In this document: positions 11,316 to 22,149 of the stretch, piece after piece
Layout of the letters: the number at the start of each line of letters is the position of its first letter
Numbering within the stretch: position 1 is the first letter of the stretch
Assembly: GCA_049969715.1 (NCBI GenBank)
Contig: JBMFOH010000001.1
Location: 72,958 to 136,957 of the forward strand
From: a bacterium
GTDB lineage: Bacteria > DUMJ01
Direction: 5' to 3'
Length of the DNA: 64,000 bases
Notes under the pieces: generated by a model
Told to the model about the DNA's origin: nothing
Databases searched by the model: none
What the model saw: the letters and a program-made list of their open reading frames with translations, nothing else
Program-made: the position numbers and the translations under genes

Positions 11316-12611
11316 TTACAGATCTCCTTTTGATACAAGTTTTACAAATAGGGGCATAAGCTGATGCCCTAAGAGCCTTCCTAGGGAACCTTTTGCACAC
11401 TCCTTCTCTGAGTATTGTGTAGTTCCATCGCTAGAGATCTTATCTCCTGAAACGATAAGAGGTACAGGGTCATCTGAATGTGCCTTTAGTGTGCAAGGGG
11501 TAGAGTGGTCAGCTGTTACTGTGATTACTACATTAGAAAGGTCTATTTTTGGCAAGAGATTCCCGAAAAAGTACTTATCTATATTAGAGATACTGTCCCT
11601 TTTTTCTAGGGCTTTTCCATCGTGACCTGGGACATCAGGTCCTTTGAGATGTATATAGAGGGCATCGAATTTATTAAGAGATTGAATTGCTTTTTCCGCC
11701 CTTAGAGGATAATCTATCTCAGGATTTCCAGTTGGAGTAGGCAGTTCTACTATCTCCATACCGGTCAACATTGCTATCCCCATTTCTACAGGCATCTCGG
11801 CAAAACAGCCAAACCTTAAGCCAAATAGATTCTTTATATCAGGGAATTCTGGTAACCTATCTCCTGCATCCCTAGTAAGTATTACATTCCCTATCATCTT
11901 ACCTTGAGACTTTCTCTTTCTATTGACCTCTGATTCATTCAATACAAGATGACTCTTCTGGACAAATTCGTTTGTTAGGTCGGCTGCCCTCTTTGCCTCT
12001 ATACTGCTATCTAGAGGCTGGCAGACCTGAAGGTAGGGCTCAAACTTTTCTTTAGCTACCCCGAAGTATCCAACTTTATCATACGCTGGATCAGTATTGG
12101 TGATATTAGCTGATAGAGGACCATCTAGACATCTTATCCATAAGACACCCCTATGTTCTACAGTACTAATGAACTTGAATATGGCAGGATAGCTAGTAAG
12201 TTTTACCTTACTATTGACCTCTTCTGCCAACAGTTTTGCCTCCTCAGTAGATAGGTCTCTACCTGCTCTTCTATCCACAAGACGCCTATCTTCATCCATC
12301 GTAGCGAAATTAACCCTAAAGGCAAGGTCTCCTGGTTTTAAATCAATTCCAGAGGCAAAACATTCCAATGGACCTCTACCTGTATAATACTTTTCTGCCT
12401 CATATCCTAATATACTTATAACCGCTATGTCAGACTCTGGTGCTATCCCTGGTCCTACTGTATCTACAATGCCACTTTTCCCACTTTTTGCTAGTCCATC
12501 CATATAGGGAGTGTCGGCTGCCTCAAGGGGAGTCTTTCCTCCTAATTCAGGGCAGGGTCTATCACCTAGCCCATCCAGTACTATATAGAGTAGTTTATAC
12601 ACTGTTATCAC
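11316..12611 (-). CDS. apgM: cofactor-independent phosphoglycerate mutase, archaeal type
   Basis: 431 aa with LDGLGDRP near the N-terminus and TADHSTP near the C-terminus (metal-dependent alkaline-phosphatase-like fold). Confidence 0.75.
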   Translation of the reverse strand: MITVYKLLYIVLDGLGDRPCPELGGKTPLEAADTPYMDGLAKSGKSGIVDTVGPGIAPESDIAVISILGYEAEKYYTGRGPLECFASGIDLKPGDLAFRVNFATMDEDRRLVDRRAGRDLSTEEAKLLAEEVNSKVKLTSYPAIFKFISTVEHRGVLWIRCLDGPLSANITNTDPAYDKVGYFGVAKEKFEPYLQVCQPLDSSIEAKRAADLTNEFVQKSHLVLNESEVNRKRKSQGKMIGNVILTRDAGDRLPEFPDIKNLFGLRFGCFAEMPVEMGIAMLTGMEIVELPTPTGNPEIDYPLRAEKAIQSLNKFDALYIHLKGPDVPGHDGKALEKRDSISNIDKYFFGNLLPKIDLSNVVITVTADHSTPCTLKAHSDDPVPLIVSGDKISSDGTTQYSEKECAKGSLGRLLGHQLMPLFVKLVSKGDL

Positions 12612-12674
12612 CCCTCTAAGAATAACTTTTAATAATCCAATCTATTATAACATCTAATAAAGAAATTTTAAAAG

Positions 12675-13847
12675 TTATTCTATCTTAAACATAGTTATTA
12701 GGACTACAGCAATCAATGAGCATACCGCTCCAAAAAAGAACGGTGTGGATGGAGATATCTTATCCCATAGTAAACCAGCAATAGCACTTGCTGGTATTGC
12801 CAGTATCCCTACTGAGGCATTATACAATCCAAATGCAGTTCCCCTTATTTTTTCATCTACCAGATGTACTACTAAGGATTTCGCTACTCCTTCTGTAGTT
12901 GAGTAGTATACCCCATAAATGATGTATAGGACCCATATATGCCAGGGCAACCTCGCTATGGCAAAACCTATATAGGTAATAGCATATATAAGCCATCCCA
13001 ACCTTATTACATTAACTCTTCCGATCTTATCCGAGAGGACCCCACTTGGGAGAGAGAGCAATGCATAGAATAGATTAAATATAGCTATGATTACTGGTAT
13101 TGTTGTAGGCGATACCCCTACGTTTTCAGCTCTTAGGATCAAAAAAGCATCACTACTGTTTCCTAATGTAAAGACCATCATTCCAATAAAGAACAAAAGG
13201 AACTTGCCTTTAAGTAGTGATGGGTCTATCTTGAATCCTGTTCCTACCTTTTCTCCTACCCTTTCTTTTACAAATAAACCTATGAGGATTATTGTTACAA
13301 AGGCAACAAGTCCACCGATTATAAATATATATCTATATTTCATCAATCCAAATGAGGCGAACCTTATCAATAGATATGTAGCTATTAATGGACCAACAAA
13401 TGAACCTAATGTATCTAACATCCTCTGAAGACCAAAGGCAAAACCTGTTCTAGATTTACTAGATGACTTTGCTACAAGTGCATCTCTTGGGGCATCCTTT
13501 AATCCCTTCCCAACTCCATCTAACAACCTAAGACCTAAAACACTACCTGCCCCTGTTGTTAAGAATAATAGGAGTCTTCCTATAGCAGACAATAGGTATC
13601 CAATGAAAACGATAGACTTCCTTTTACCTAGTTTATCAGAGATGATTCCAGAGAGGATTTTAAATATACTCACTACAGTGGTCATACTCCCCTCAATGAG
13701 GCCTATAGTCTCTTTACTTAGACCTAGTACCTGGGCGTAGAATGTGGGGAGTATAGGCGATATCATATCCTGGCTTAGACCACCAAAGAAGGCGACCCAT
13801 CCCAATACAATAATATTTTTTGTTCCTTCTTTATTGTTCCCTTTCAA
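12675..13847 (-). CDS. MFS transporter
   Basis: 390 aa, about 12 TM helices, MFS-like loop motifs (G..SDK.GRR). Confidence 0.75.
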   Translation of the reverse strand: MKGNNKEGTKNIIVLGWVAFFGGLSQDMISPILPTFYAQVLGLSKETIGLIEGSMTTVVSIFKILSGIISDKLGKRKSIVFIGYLLSAIGRLLLFLTTGAGSVLGLRLLDGVGKGLKDAPRDALVAKSSSKSRTGFAFGLQRMLDTLGSFVGPLIATYLLIRFASFGLMKYRYIFIIGGLVAFVTIILIGLFVKERVGEKVGTGFKIDPSLLKGKFLLFFIGMMVFTLGNSSDAFLILRAENVGVSPTTIPVIIAIFNLFYALLSLPSGVLSDKIGRVNVIRLGWLIYAITYIGFAIARLPWHIWVLYIIYGVYYSTTEGVAKSLVVHLVDEKIRGTAFGLYNASVGILAIPASAIAGLLWDKISPSTPFFFGAVCSLIAVVLITMFKIE

Positions 13848-13867
13848 GACACATCGCTCCTTTCTAT

Positions 13868-13903
13868 AATAAAAATAGACTTCTACCTAATTTTAGGTAG
13901 AAG
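13868..13903 (-). terminator. intrinsic terminator downstream of the GH3 gene
   Basis: Inverted repeat CTTCTACCTA/TAGGTAGAAG (13880-13903). On the minus-strand transcript it is followed by a T-rich tract (TATTTTTATTATAG). Confidence 0.5.
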
Positions 13904-13953
13904 TCATCATCCCTTTAAGGGATATTTCTGTTAGGCTTCATCACCTGTGAAAA

Positions 13954-16236
13954 CTATTTAACTTCAAATCTACCACTTAATCTTATGTCAAGGGAAGATG
14001 CACCTATCATTATCTCAAAGACTCCTGGCTCTACTATCAATTTCATATCCATATCTAAGAATGCTAAGTCTTCTGGGGTAAGAGTAAAGTTTATGCTCTT
14101 CTTTTCTTTGACATCAAGTGTAACCCTCTTGAATCTTCTAAGCTCTTTTACTGGTCTTGATACACTTGAAACTAGATCACAGATATAAAGTTGGACTATC
14201 TCATCTCCTTTATATCTTCCTACATTCTCTATATCCAAGGAAATATTTACCTTTCCATCTTTCCCTATGACCTCAGGACTAATCTTAAGGTTACTGTATT
14301 TGAACTCTGTGTAGCTTAAGCCATATCCAAATGGGAATAATGGTTGGGTTCCTCTTAGGTCAGCATAATCTTCTACTCTCCCTGAAGGCTTATAGTTATA
14401 GTATAGAGGTAATTGTCCAACAAATTTTGGAAAGGTAATAGGAAGCTTTCCTCCAGGGTTATAGTCTCCAAATAGTATATCTGCTATAGCATTTCCTCCT
14501 TCTTCTCCAGGATACCATGCTTCTAGAATGGCTTGAACTCCATCGATCCACCTTGTCATAGTGATGGCACTCCCATTTATAAGTACTACCACTACTGGGG
14601 TTCCTGCGTTGGATACCTCTCTTATTAGGTCTTCTTGAACCCCAGGTAGGTCTAGATTACACCTATCTCTTTGTTCTCCTTCGGTCTCAGGGACAGAGTT
14701 TCCAACAAAGATAATCGCTACATCACTACTCTTGGCTATCTCTACGGCCTCCTCAAATCCTTTTTTAGATAGATCTACTAAGTCACATCCCTGGGCAAAT
14801 CGGACCTCTATCTTTTCTCCAACCTTATTCTTGATCCCTTCTAACGGGGTTACTACCTTTATTCCATGTCCACTATAACCACCTAGTCTAGGAACCGCCG
14901 CATTTGGCCCAATAACAGCTATAGACTTGACATCCTTAGATAATGGCAAGATTCCATTATTTTTTAGTAAAACCATCGCCTCTCTTGCTGTTTTTAATGC
15001 CAACTCTCTGTGCTCTTTACAGTCACATACCTTTTCTGCATACTCTGGGTCTACATATGGATTATCGAATAGTCCTGTCCAGAATTTTACCCTTAGTATC
15101 CTTCTTACTGCTTCATCTACTACACTCTCAGAGAGTTTATTCTCCTTGACTAGAGGTAAAACCTCTTCAAAACAGTCACTTGCTGGTAGTTCCATATCTA
15201 GTCCTGCTTCAAGGGCTTTTTTGGCTGCTTCCGCTTTTGAATCAGCCACTTTATGCTTGGTATAGATATGGATCACAGAACCATAGTCAGAGACTACATA
15301 ACCCTTAAATCCCCATTCCTTCCTTAATATATCTGTGAGGAGCCATCTGTTTGAAGAGCAGGGAATACCGTCTATAGAGTTGTATGCTGCCATTATGGAG
15401 AGGGCTTTGCCTTTTTCTATGGCGGATTTAAATGCTGGGAAGTATATCTCTCTCATGAGTCTTTCCGAGATGTGTATAGCGTTACTGTCTCTACCCCCAT
15501 CACCAACAAAATTGGCTGCAAAATGTTTTGGGGTAGTTATAACTCCTTGCCCTTGTAATCCTTCTATAAATGAAACTGCCATAGCTGAGGTTAGATATGG
15601 GTCCTCTCCATAAGTTTCTTCCGTTCTCCCGCATCTAGGGTCCCTAGCGATATTTATAGTCGGAGAGAGTGCCTGGTGGATACCTCTAGATTTGGTCTCT
15701 TTGCCGATAGCAGTGGCAACCTCTTTCATAAGTTCTGGATTCCATGTACTTGCTATTGCTATAGACTGTGGAAAACTTGTTGAACCTTTAGCCATACATC
15801 CATGGAGACACTCGTCATGTATTAATACGGGTATCCCTAGTCTTGTATTCTCTATAACATACTTTTGAATCTCATTTGCAAATTCTGCCCCTTCTTTAGG
15901 AGAGAACGGTCTTAAGACACAACTCAATTCCCCTATGCCATATCTTTTATCCCCTTCTCCCTCTGTAATGACTTCCTTCCAGTGCTTCTTCCAGTAGTTT
16001 CCCGAGAGAGCCTCCATAAGCTCTCCTTCACCAGCAAAAAGCCTGAATAATACTTCATCCAGTCTTTTTGTATACTTTTCGGGTAACCCCTCAAAGAGAT
16101 CAGAAAATAGCTTCCACACATGGAGCATACTTGCCTTTAACTGTCCAACCTTTTCCTCTAAGGTCATCTTAGAAAGGAGAGCTTCCACCCTTTCATCTAT
16201 AGATAGCTCAGGGTTTAGATAATCCTCTTTCATCAC
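13954..16236 (-). CDS. bglX: beta-glucosidase, glycoside hydrolase family 3 (BglX-like) with C-terminal FnIII-like domain
   Basis: 760 aa with the GH3 N-terminal (KHF..GDGG) and C-terminal domains. Confidence 0.85.
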   Translation of the reverse strand: MMKEDYLNPELSIDERVEALLSKMTLEEKVGQLKASMLHVWKLFSDLFEGLPEKYTKRLDEVLFRLFAGEGELMEALSGNYWKKHWKEVITEGEGDKRYGIGELSCVLRPFSPKEGAEFANEIQKYVIENTRLGIPVLIHDECLHGCMAKGSTSFPQSIAIASTWNPELMKEVATAIGKETKSRGIHQALSPTINIARDPRCGRTEETYGEDPYLTSAMAVSFIEGLQGQGVITTPKHFAANFVGDGGRDSNAIHISERLMREIYFPAFKSAIEKGKALSIMAAYNSIDGIPCSSNRWLLTDILRKEWGFKGYVVSDYGSVIHIYTKHKVADSKAEAAKKALEAGLDMELPASDCFEEVLPLVKENKLSESVVDEAVRRILRVKFWTGLFDNPYVDPEYAEKVCDCKEHRELALKTAREAMVLLKNNGILPLSKDVKSIAVIGPNAAVPRLGGYSGHGIKVVTPLEGIKNKVGEKIEVRFAQGCDLVDLSKKGFEEAVEIAKSSDVAIIFVGNSVPETEGEQRDRCNLDLPGVQEDLIREVSNAGTPVVVVLINGSAITMTRWIDGVQAILEAWYPGEEGGNAIADILFGDYNPGGKLPITFPKFVGQLPLYYNYKPSGRVEDYADLRGTQPLFPFGYGLSYTEFKYSNLKISPEVIGKDGKVNISLDIENVGRYKGDEIVQLYICDLVSSVSRPVKELRRFKRVTLDVKEKKSINFTLTPEDLAFLDMDMKLIVEPGVFEIMIGASSLDIRLSGRFEVK

Positions 16237-16303
16237 GAGAACCTCCTTTTTCAGTTTATTTCTAGCACAATTATAGCTCTAATCTAGAGAAAAAATCAAC
16301 CAT

Positions 16304-17263
16304 TTACCTAAACATACCATTAACCTTCTTATCCTCATATAGGAGCTTATCGGCTACCTCTATTATCTCTCTCTTTGTCTTTCCATCTTTAGGAAAAGAG
16401 GATAAACCCATTGAGACACCTATCTCATTTATTTCCATCGTTACCTTATTCTTTATCCTTTTAAATATAGAGTTAATATTAATACTAGAAGGATTTAAGA
16501 ATATTATAACAAATTCGTCTCCACCGTATCTAAAACCTCTATCAATACTTCTTATAGAGTGGGTCAATATATTAGCAAATGCTTTAAGGGCTTCATCCCC
16601 AGCCTGATGTCCATAAGTATCATTAAATCTTTTAAAACCATCGAGATCACACATAAGAAGGATAAATGGTTTTCCTATTTTTATTAGCTCATCCATATAT
16701 TCCTCGAGAGCTCTCCTGTTATAGAGCCCTGTAAGATGGTCTCTTTTAGTCGATTCCTCAAGAGATGAAGTGTAATCTAGATAGAGTTCCTGATTTCTCG
16801 TTATAAGCGTAGCTAATCCATATGATAGAATAAAAACTCCGATGGTATAACTAAGACCAGGAATATCTGACCTTATAATCGAATATATAATAAGGAACAC
16901 AAAGAAGAAAATGTTAAGACTGAATACTTTTGTTGCCCAGATAGGGTTTCTTTCTAGCCCATAGGTAATGATAGGTACTAGAAGGAAAAAGAGAAATGGA
17001 CTTCTCTCCATACCAGTATTATATATAATAGAGATATTAAGTAAGTGCCCTAACATAGGCATAATCCAAGGGTTTTGAGATGTCCTTACAGAGAGAAGAT
17101 AAACTATGGCAAAAAGAATAGCAAAGAACAGAGGGAGCAATATAGATGTTCTCCCCTTTGCCATTAAAAGATAAGACGGGATAAATGCAATAACCATTAG
17201 TACCCTAATGTTAAAGGCAACCTTCTTTATCCCTTCACCTAAGTTATGGTAATTCATTTCCAT
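16304..17263 (-). CDS. membrane-anchored diguanylate cyclase (GGDEF domain)
   Basis: Multi-TM N-terminus, then a GGDEF domain with RYGGDEF. Confidence 0.8.
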   Translation of the reverse strand: MEMNYHNLGEGIKKVAFNIRVLMVIAFIPSYLLMAKGRTSILLPLFFAILFAIVYLLSVRTSQNPWIMPMLGHLLNISIIYNTGMERSPFLFFLLVPIITYGLERNPIWATKVFSLNIFFFVFLIIYSIIRSDIPGLSYTIGVFILSYGLATLITRNQELYLDYTSSLEESTKRDHLTGLYNRRALEEYMDELIKIGKPFILLMCDLDGFKRFNDTYGHQAGDEALKAFANILTHSIRSIDRGFRYGGDEFVIIFLNPSSININSIFKRIKNKVTMEINEIGVSMGLSSFPKDGKTKREIIEVADKLLYEDKKVNGMFR

Positions 17264-17335
17264 CTAGAATAGCACAACATCTAGTGATTTTTCAACTCTT
17301 ATGTGATATCATAGAAAGAAAAAGGAGTCTTTGGG

Positions 17336-18361
17336 ATGGTTTTCAGAAAGAAGGCCAGTATATTGGAAGTAGCCGAGAAAGCAGGGGTCTCTCCGGCTAC
17401 CGTCTCTCGTGTATTAAATAAGACTGCTAGGGTAAGCCCTCAGCTGACTAAAAGGGTTCTCTCTGCAGTAGAGGAGTTAAGATATGCTCCGGACCCATTT
17501 GCCTATGGAATGAGGACAAAGAAGACCCGTACTATTGGTCTTATTATTTCTGATATTACTAACCCATTTTTTCCTGAAATGACGAGAGCAATAGAGGATT
17601 ATGCCCGTAGCAGAGGGTACTCATTAATCTTATGCAATACAGGTAGTAATATCGAAAAAGGGAAGAGCTATGTACACCTATTACTTAATAGAGGAGTAGA
17701 TGGTCTTATCTTTACTTCTCTAAGGATAGGTAAGGAGGAGGTGCTTTCTATTTTAAAGGAGAATATTCCGTGTATTCTTGTCGGCCGTAGGGCAGAAGGG
17801 ATAGAGGGTCTAAGTTACATCGTAACTGATAACTATAAGGGAGGAATGATTGCAGCAGATTATCTCTTTGAATTAGGTCATAGAAGATTTGTCCATGTTA
17901 CTGGCACCTTAGATAACTCTACCGGGAAGGAAAGATTGAATGGGTTTATAAATAGGTTAAAGGGGAGGGGAGTAAAGGAGGAAGATATCTATATCATAAA
18001 GGGTAACTTTAAGATGGAGAGTGGATATAAAGCGGCGAAAGAGGTCTTAAAGTTAAAACCATTACCTACTGCCATATTTTTCGCTAATGATGCGATGGCT
18101 ATAGGGGCATTGCAGAGGTTTTGGGAAGAGAGGATAATAATTCCAGAAACCTTTTCTATTGTTGGCTTTGACAATATAAAGGTATCTAGCCTTGTAGCCC
18201 CACCACTTACTACTATAAGTCAAGAGATATATAAGCTTGGAGAATTGGCTGCTCAACGTCTTATAGGATTTATAGAAGGGGATAAAGAGAAGGTAAAAAT
18301 TGTCCTTGAGCCTACTTTGGTAGAGAGGAAATCTTGTAGGAGGGTTTTAGATGAAACTTAG
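17336..18361 (+). CDS. LacI family transcriptional regulator
   Basis: N-terminal HTH (ASILEVAEKAGVSPATVSRVLN) followed by a periplasmic-binding-protein-like sugar-binding domain. Confidence 0.85.
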   Translation: MVFRKKASILEVAEKAGVSPATVSRVLNKTARVSPQLTKRVLSAVEELRYAPDPFAYGMRTKKTRTIGLIISDITNPFFPEMTRAIEDYARSRGYSLILCNTGSNIEKGKSYVHLLLNRGVDGLIFTSLRIGKEEVLSILKENIPCILVGRRAEGIEGLSYIVTDNYKGGMIAADYLFELGHRRFVHVTGTLDNSTGKERLNGFINRLKGRGVKEEDIYIIKGNFKMESGYKAAKEVLKLKPLPTAIFFANDAMAIGALQRFWEERIIIPETFSIVGFDNIKVSSLVAPPLTTISQEIYKLGELAAQRLIGFIEGDKEKVKIVLEPTLVERKSCRRVLDET

Positions 18362-19121
18362 TTTTGTTATTCAGTATCAAGATCTAGATGGATTGAGAAA
18401 ATATACAGAACTTATGTCTTCTTTAGGTTATGAGGGAATAGAGCTTGGAATAAAAGACCCAGAACTTATAGATAGAGAAAAGATTGCCAGTATTCTTTCT
18501 AGGTACAGATTGCCTCTTATTGCCCAAGGTACAGGGAGAGCATTTACTGAGGATGGTCTCTCTCTTTCTAGCAAGGAGATAAAGATAAGAGAGGCTTCTA
18601 TTAAAAGGCTTAAGGCTCATATAGACCTTGCCTCTAGTTTTTCTAGTTTTGTTATAGTGGGACTTATAAGGGGCAATATTCAGGAAGAGACCCAGCAAGG
18701 ATATGTAAGAGAGACATTAAGAGGTCTCTGTGATTATGCTAGGACTAAGGATGTAAAGATTCTCCTAGAGCCTATAAATAGATATGAGATAAATTGGATA
18801 AACACAGTAGAAGAGGCATATAATTTCATTATGGAACTAGAGAGAGATAATATTGGATTACTCATTGATACGTTTCATATGAATATAGAGGAACCTTCTA
18901 TTGCAGGCTCTATTTTTAAGGCACGGCAATTGATATGGCATCTACATATAGCAGACAGTAATAGACTTACTCCAGGATTGGGGCATATAGACTTTAAGGA
19001 TATCTTTAGAATCCTTGACTCTATAGGATACTCAGGTTTTGTATCTAGTGAGATCATAACCAGACCATCACTAGAAGAGGCAATATCTCAGACCGCTAGG
19101 TATGTAAGGAATATAATGTAA
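18351..19121 (+). CDS. sugar phosphate isomerase/epimerase (xylose isomerase-like TIM barrel)
   Basis: 256 aa, AP-endonuclease-2 / TIM-barrel family. Overlaps the end of the LacI gene. Confidence 0.7.
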   Translation: MKLSFVIQYQDLDGLRKYTELMSSLGYEGIELGIKDPELIDREKIASILSRYRLPLIAQGTGRAFTEDGLSLSSKEIKIREASIKRLKAHIDLASSFSSFVIVGLIRGNIQEETQQGYVRETLRGLCDYARTKDVKILLEPINRYEINWINTVEEAYNFIMELERDNIGLLIDTFHMNIEEPSIAGSIFKARQLIWHLHIADSNRLTPGLGHIDFKDIFRILDSIGYSGFVSSEIITRPSLEEAISQTARYVRNIM

Positions 19122-19135
19122 GAGGAGGCGAGATT

Positions 19136-20197
19136 ATGCGTGCAATAGTAAATCATGGTCCTATGGATTATAGATTAGAAGAAGTTCCTGAACCTATAGC
19201 TGGACCAGAAGAGGTAGTAATAAAGGTAAAGGCTAGTGGACTATGTGCTAGTGACCTCAAGTGTTATCATGGGGGTCCTTCATTCTGGCAGGGGAACCCA
19301 CCCTATGTAAAACCTCCAGTCATCCCTGGGCATGAATTTATAGGAGAGGTAGTGGCATTAGGTGAAGGAGCGAGGGAAAGATACGGCATTGAGGTTGGAG
19401 ACAAGGCAGTGGCAGAACAAATACTTCCTTGTTGGGAATGCAGGTTCTGTAAAACAGGGAAGTACTGGATGTGTGAGAGAAATTATGTCTTTGGTTTTCA
19501 AGGCGGAATAGATGATGGTGGTATGGCTGAGTATGCAAGGTTTCCGAAGGGCTCTATTATTCACAAGGTACCAAGGGAGTTGCCAGATACATATGGTGCC
19601 CTTATAGAGCCATTGTCCTGCGCCATACATGCAGTAGAGAGGGGAGAGATACAACTAGGAGATACGGTAGTTATATCAGGAATGGGTCCTATTGGACTTA
19701 TGATGCTTCAGGTGGCAAAACTAAAGAATCCAGGGCTATTGATAGCATTAGATACTAGAGACTTTAGGCTTAATATAGCCAAAGAACTTGGAGCAGATGT
19801 AGTAATAAATGTAACAGAGGAGGATGCTATAAAAAAGGTAAAGGAATTAACAGGGGGTTATGGATGTGATGTATATATAGAGGCAAGTGGATATCCAAAA
19901 TCTGTACCCCAGGGATTAGATATGATAAGGAAGCTAGGGACATTCGTTGAGTTTGGGGTATTTGGAGAACCTGCAGTAGCTGATTGGACGATAATAGGAG
20001 ACAGGAAGGAACTAACTATACATGGGTCGCATCTAGGTCCATACCGGTATCCTCTTGCAATAGAATATCTTACAAAAGGGATAATAAAAGCTCCCTCTAT
20101 AATAACTCATACATTTCCTTTAGAGAGATTTCAAGATGCTATTAAGCTTGCAGAGGACCCAAACGGAAACTCGATTAAGATCCTGCTCATTCCTTAG
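19136..20197 (+). CDS. zinc-dependent alcohol/polyol dehydrogenase (MDR family)
   Basis: 353 aa with a GHE zinc site and a structural zinc Cys cluster (C-x2-C-x2-C-x7-C). A strong AGGAGG RBS precedes it. Confidence 0.8.
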   Translation: MRAIVNHGPMDYRLEEVPEPIAGPEEVVIKVKASGLCASDLKCYHGGPSFWQGNPPYVKPPVIPGHEFIGEVVALGEGARERYGIEVGDKAVAEQILPCWECRFCKTGKYWMCERNYVFGFQGGIDDGGMAEYARFPKGSIIHKVPRELPDTYGALIEPLSCAIHAVERGEIQLGDTVVISGMGPIGLMMLQVAKLKNPGLLIALDTRDFRLNIAKELGADVVINVTEEDAIKKVKELTGGYGCDVYIEASGYPKSVPQGLDMIRKLGTFVEFGVFGEPAVADWTIIGDRKELTIHGSHLGPYRYPLAIEYLTKGIIKAPSIITHTFPLERFQDAIKLAEDPNGNSIKILLIP

Positions 20198-20206
20198 GAG
20201 GGAACT

Positions 20207-20851
20207 ATGTTTGTAAGATGGAAAATGACTCCAAACCCTATAGTTATTGATCCTGATGTGAGCCTCCTTGAGGCATTGCATCTAATGAAGATAAATAATA
20301 TTAGAAGGCTTCCTGTTGTGGCTCATGGAAGGCTTGTAGGGATTGTTACAGAAAGGGACCTTAGAGAATCTCCATCTTTAAGGGCGAGTAGTTTAAGCAT
20401 ATATGAATTGAATTATCTACTGGCTAAAACCCCTGTAAAAGAGGTGATGACTAAGGACCCCATCACTGTTGACCCTAATACTACTATAGAAGAGGCAGCT
20501 GTAATAATGAGGGATAACCAGATAAGCGGACTTCCGGTTGTAGAAGATGGAAAGATCGTTGGAATTATAACTGAGACAGACCTATTCGATATGCTAGTAA
20601 GGTTACTTGGTTTTAGACGAGGGATAAGATTTACACTATTTTTAGAAAATAAGATAGGAGCTATAGCAGATTTGGCGGAGATCTTTAGAAAACTTAATAT
20701 AAATATAATAAGTATAGTAGCATTTGAACCAGTTGGAAGAGAATATGAAAAGGAAGGAAATGTAGTAGTAAGGATAGAGACCGAGGATATAGACGAGGTA
20801 TCTTCCGCACTTGAATCTTCTGGGATAAAAGTGGTTCATATCTCAAGATGA
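20207..20851 (+). CDS. CBS-pair plus ACT domain protein (AcuB-like)
   Basis: Two CBS motifs followed by an ACT-like C-terminal domain. Confidence 0.65.
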   Translation: MFVRWKMTPNPIVIDPDVSLLEALHLMKINNIRRLPVVAHGRLVGIVTERDLRESPSLRASSLSIYELNYLLAKTPVKEVMTKDPITVDPNTTIEEAAVIMRDNQISGLPVVEDGKIVGIITETDLFDMLVRLLGFRRGIRFTLFLENKIGAIADLAEIFRKLNINIISIVAFEPVGREYEKEGNVVVRIETEDIDEVSSALESSGIKVVHISR

Positions 20852-22149
20852 AACTTCTTGATATTTCAGATATCTTAGAAGGTAAACTCAAAGAGCTCTC
20901 ACCAGATACCGCTATAGATGATATAGCTATAGATTCGAGAGTTATAACTGGTGGAGAGCTCTTTTTTGCCTTAAGAGGGGAGCAAAATGATGGTCATAAT
21001 TTTATCCCTCAAGCATTGGAAAAAGGTGCTATTGGAGCTGTAATGGATAGAGACCTCCCTTTTCCTGGGATGATAGTGAAGGATACTACTGCCTCTCTTT
21101 TTAGACTCTCTAGAGAGATAAGAAGACTCTATCCGATTCCATTAATAGGGGTTGCTGGTAGTAGTGGAAAGACTACTACTAAGGAGCTTATCGCCCTTGT
21201 ATTAGAGAAAGACTATAAGGTTATAAAGTCTGAAGGGAACCAGAATACACAATTTAGTCTACCCTTGATGATATTTAAGACCCCATTATTTAATATAGCT
21301 ATAGCAGAACTTGGCGTAAGAAAGCCAGGAGATATGAAACTTCTCTCTGATATAACTGTGCCTAACATAGTAGTCTTTACCCATATCGATAAGGAACATT
21401 TGGAATTTTTCCCTTCGTTTGAGTATGTAATAAAAGAAGAGTTAAGTATCATTAATGAAAGTATATCTGTTGTCTATAATAGAGATGATCCATTTCTGAA
21501 GGGATTGAATGGATTGAGTTACGGGATTAAAAATAGTGCAGACATAATTGGATTTGATATAGAAATACAGAACGAAGGCACCCATTTTAAAGTATTGTTT
21601 CCTGACGGTATATCACATAAGGTATTTTTGAGGGCTTGGGGTGTTCATATAGTAGAGGATGCCCTTGCTAGCTTAGCAGTAAGTTGGTTATTCAAGATAA
21701 AACCAGAATCAGCCATAGAGGGTATAGAGAGGTTCTCTCCCCTCTGGGGAAGAATGGAAACGTTAAGACTTAAAAGTGGTGGAATATTGATATTTGATGG
21801 TTATAATGCCAATCCTCTCTCTATGAAAAGGGCTATAGAGACAGTAGAAAGTTTACCCTACAAGAGGAGACTCTATATCATTGGAGATATGTTGGAATTA
21901 GGCTCTGAGACTGAAAGTTCTCATAGAGAGCTTGGTAAGATATTAAAAAATGTGCAGGGGGATATAGTCCTTATAGGTAACTTCATAAAGATTGTCTCTG
22001 AAGAGCTAAAAGAAAAGGCAGTTTACTTTACCAGTATAGATAAGTCTTTAGATTATATAAAAAAAATAATCTCTAATTATGATGTAATTCTAGTGAAGGC
22101 ATCTAGAGGTATGAAGTTAGAGAGGATAGTAAAAGAGATAGATGGATGA
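20848..22149 (+). CDS. murF: UDP-N-acetylmuramoyl-tripeptide--D-alanyl-D-alanine ligase
   Basis: 433 aa with a Mur ligase P-loop GSSGKTTTKE and a MurF-like N-terminus. Confidence 0.75.
   Translation: MKLLDISDILEGKLKELSPDTAIDDIAIDSRVITGGELFFALRGEQNDGHNFIPQALEKGAIGAVMDRDLPFPGMIVKDTTASLFRLSREIRRLYPIPLIGVAGSSGKTTTKELIALVLEKDYKVIKSEGNQNTQFSLPLMIFKTPLFNIAIAELGVRKPGDMKLLSDITVPNIVVFTHIDKEHLEFFPSFEYVIKEELSIINESISVVYNRDDPFLKGLNGLSYGIKNSADIIGFDIEIQNEGTHFKVLFPDGISHKVFLRAWGVHIVEDALASLAVSWLFKIKPESAIEGIERFSPLWGRMETLRLKSGGILIFDGYNANPLSMKRAIETVESLPYKRRLYIIGDMLELGSETESSHRELGKILKNVQGDIVLIGNFIKIVSEELKEKAVYFTSIDKSLDYIKKIISNYDVILVKASRGMKLERIVKEIDG

Noticed and set aside
13087-13428. 113-aa plus-strand ORF inside the MFS gene
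   Set aside because: Antisense shadow ORF. The MFS frame on the minus strand has 12 TM helices and is clearly the real gene.
17264-17335. Possible LacI-type operator (TGATATCA palindrome) in the divergent promoter region
   Set aside because: Only an 8-bp palindrome, without the extended TGNAANCGNTTNCA-like symmetry. Too weak to call.
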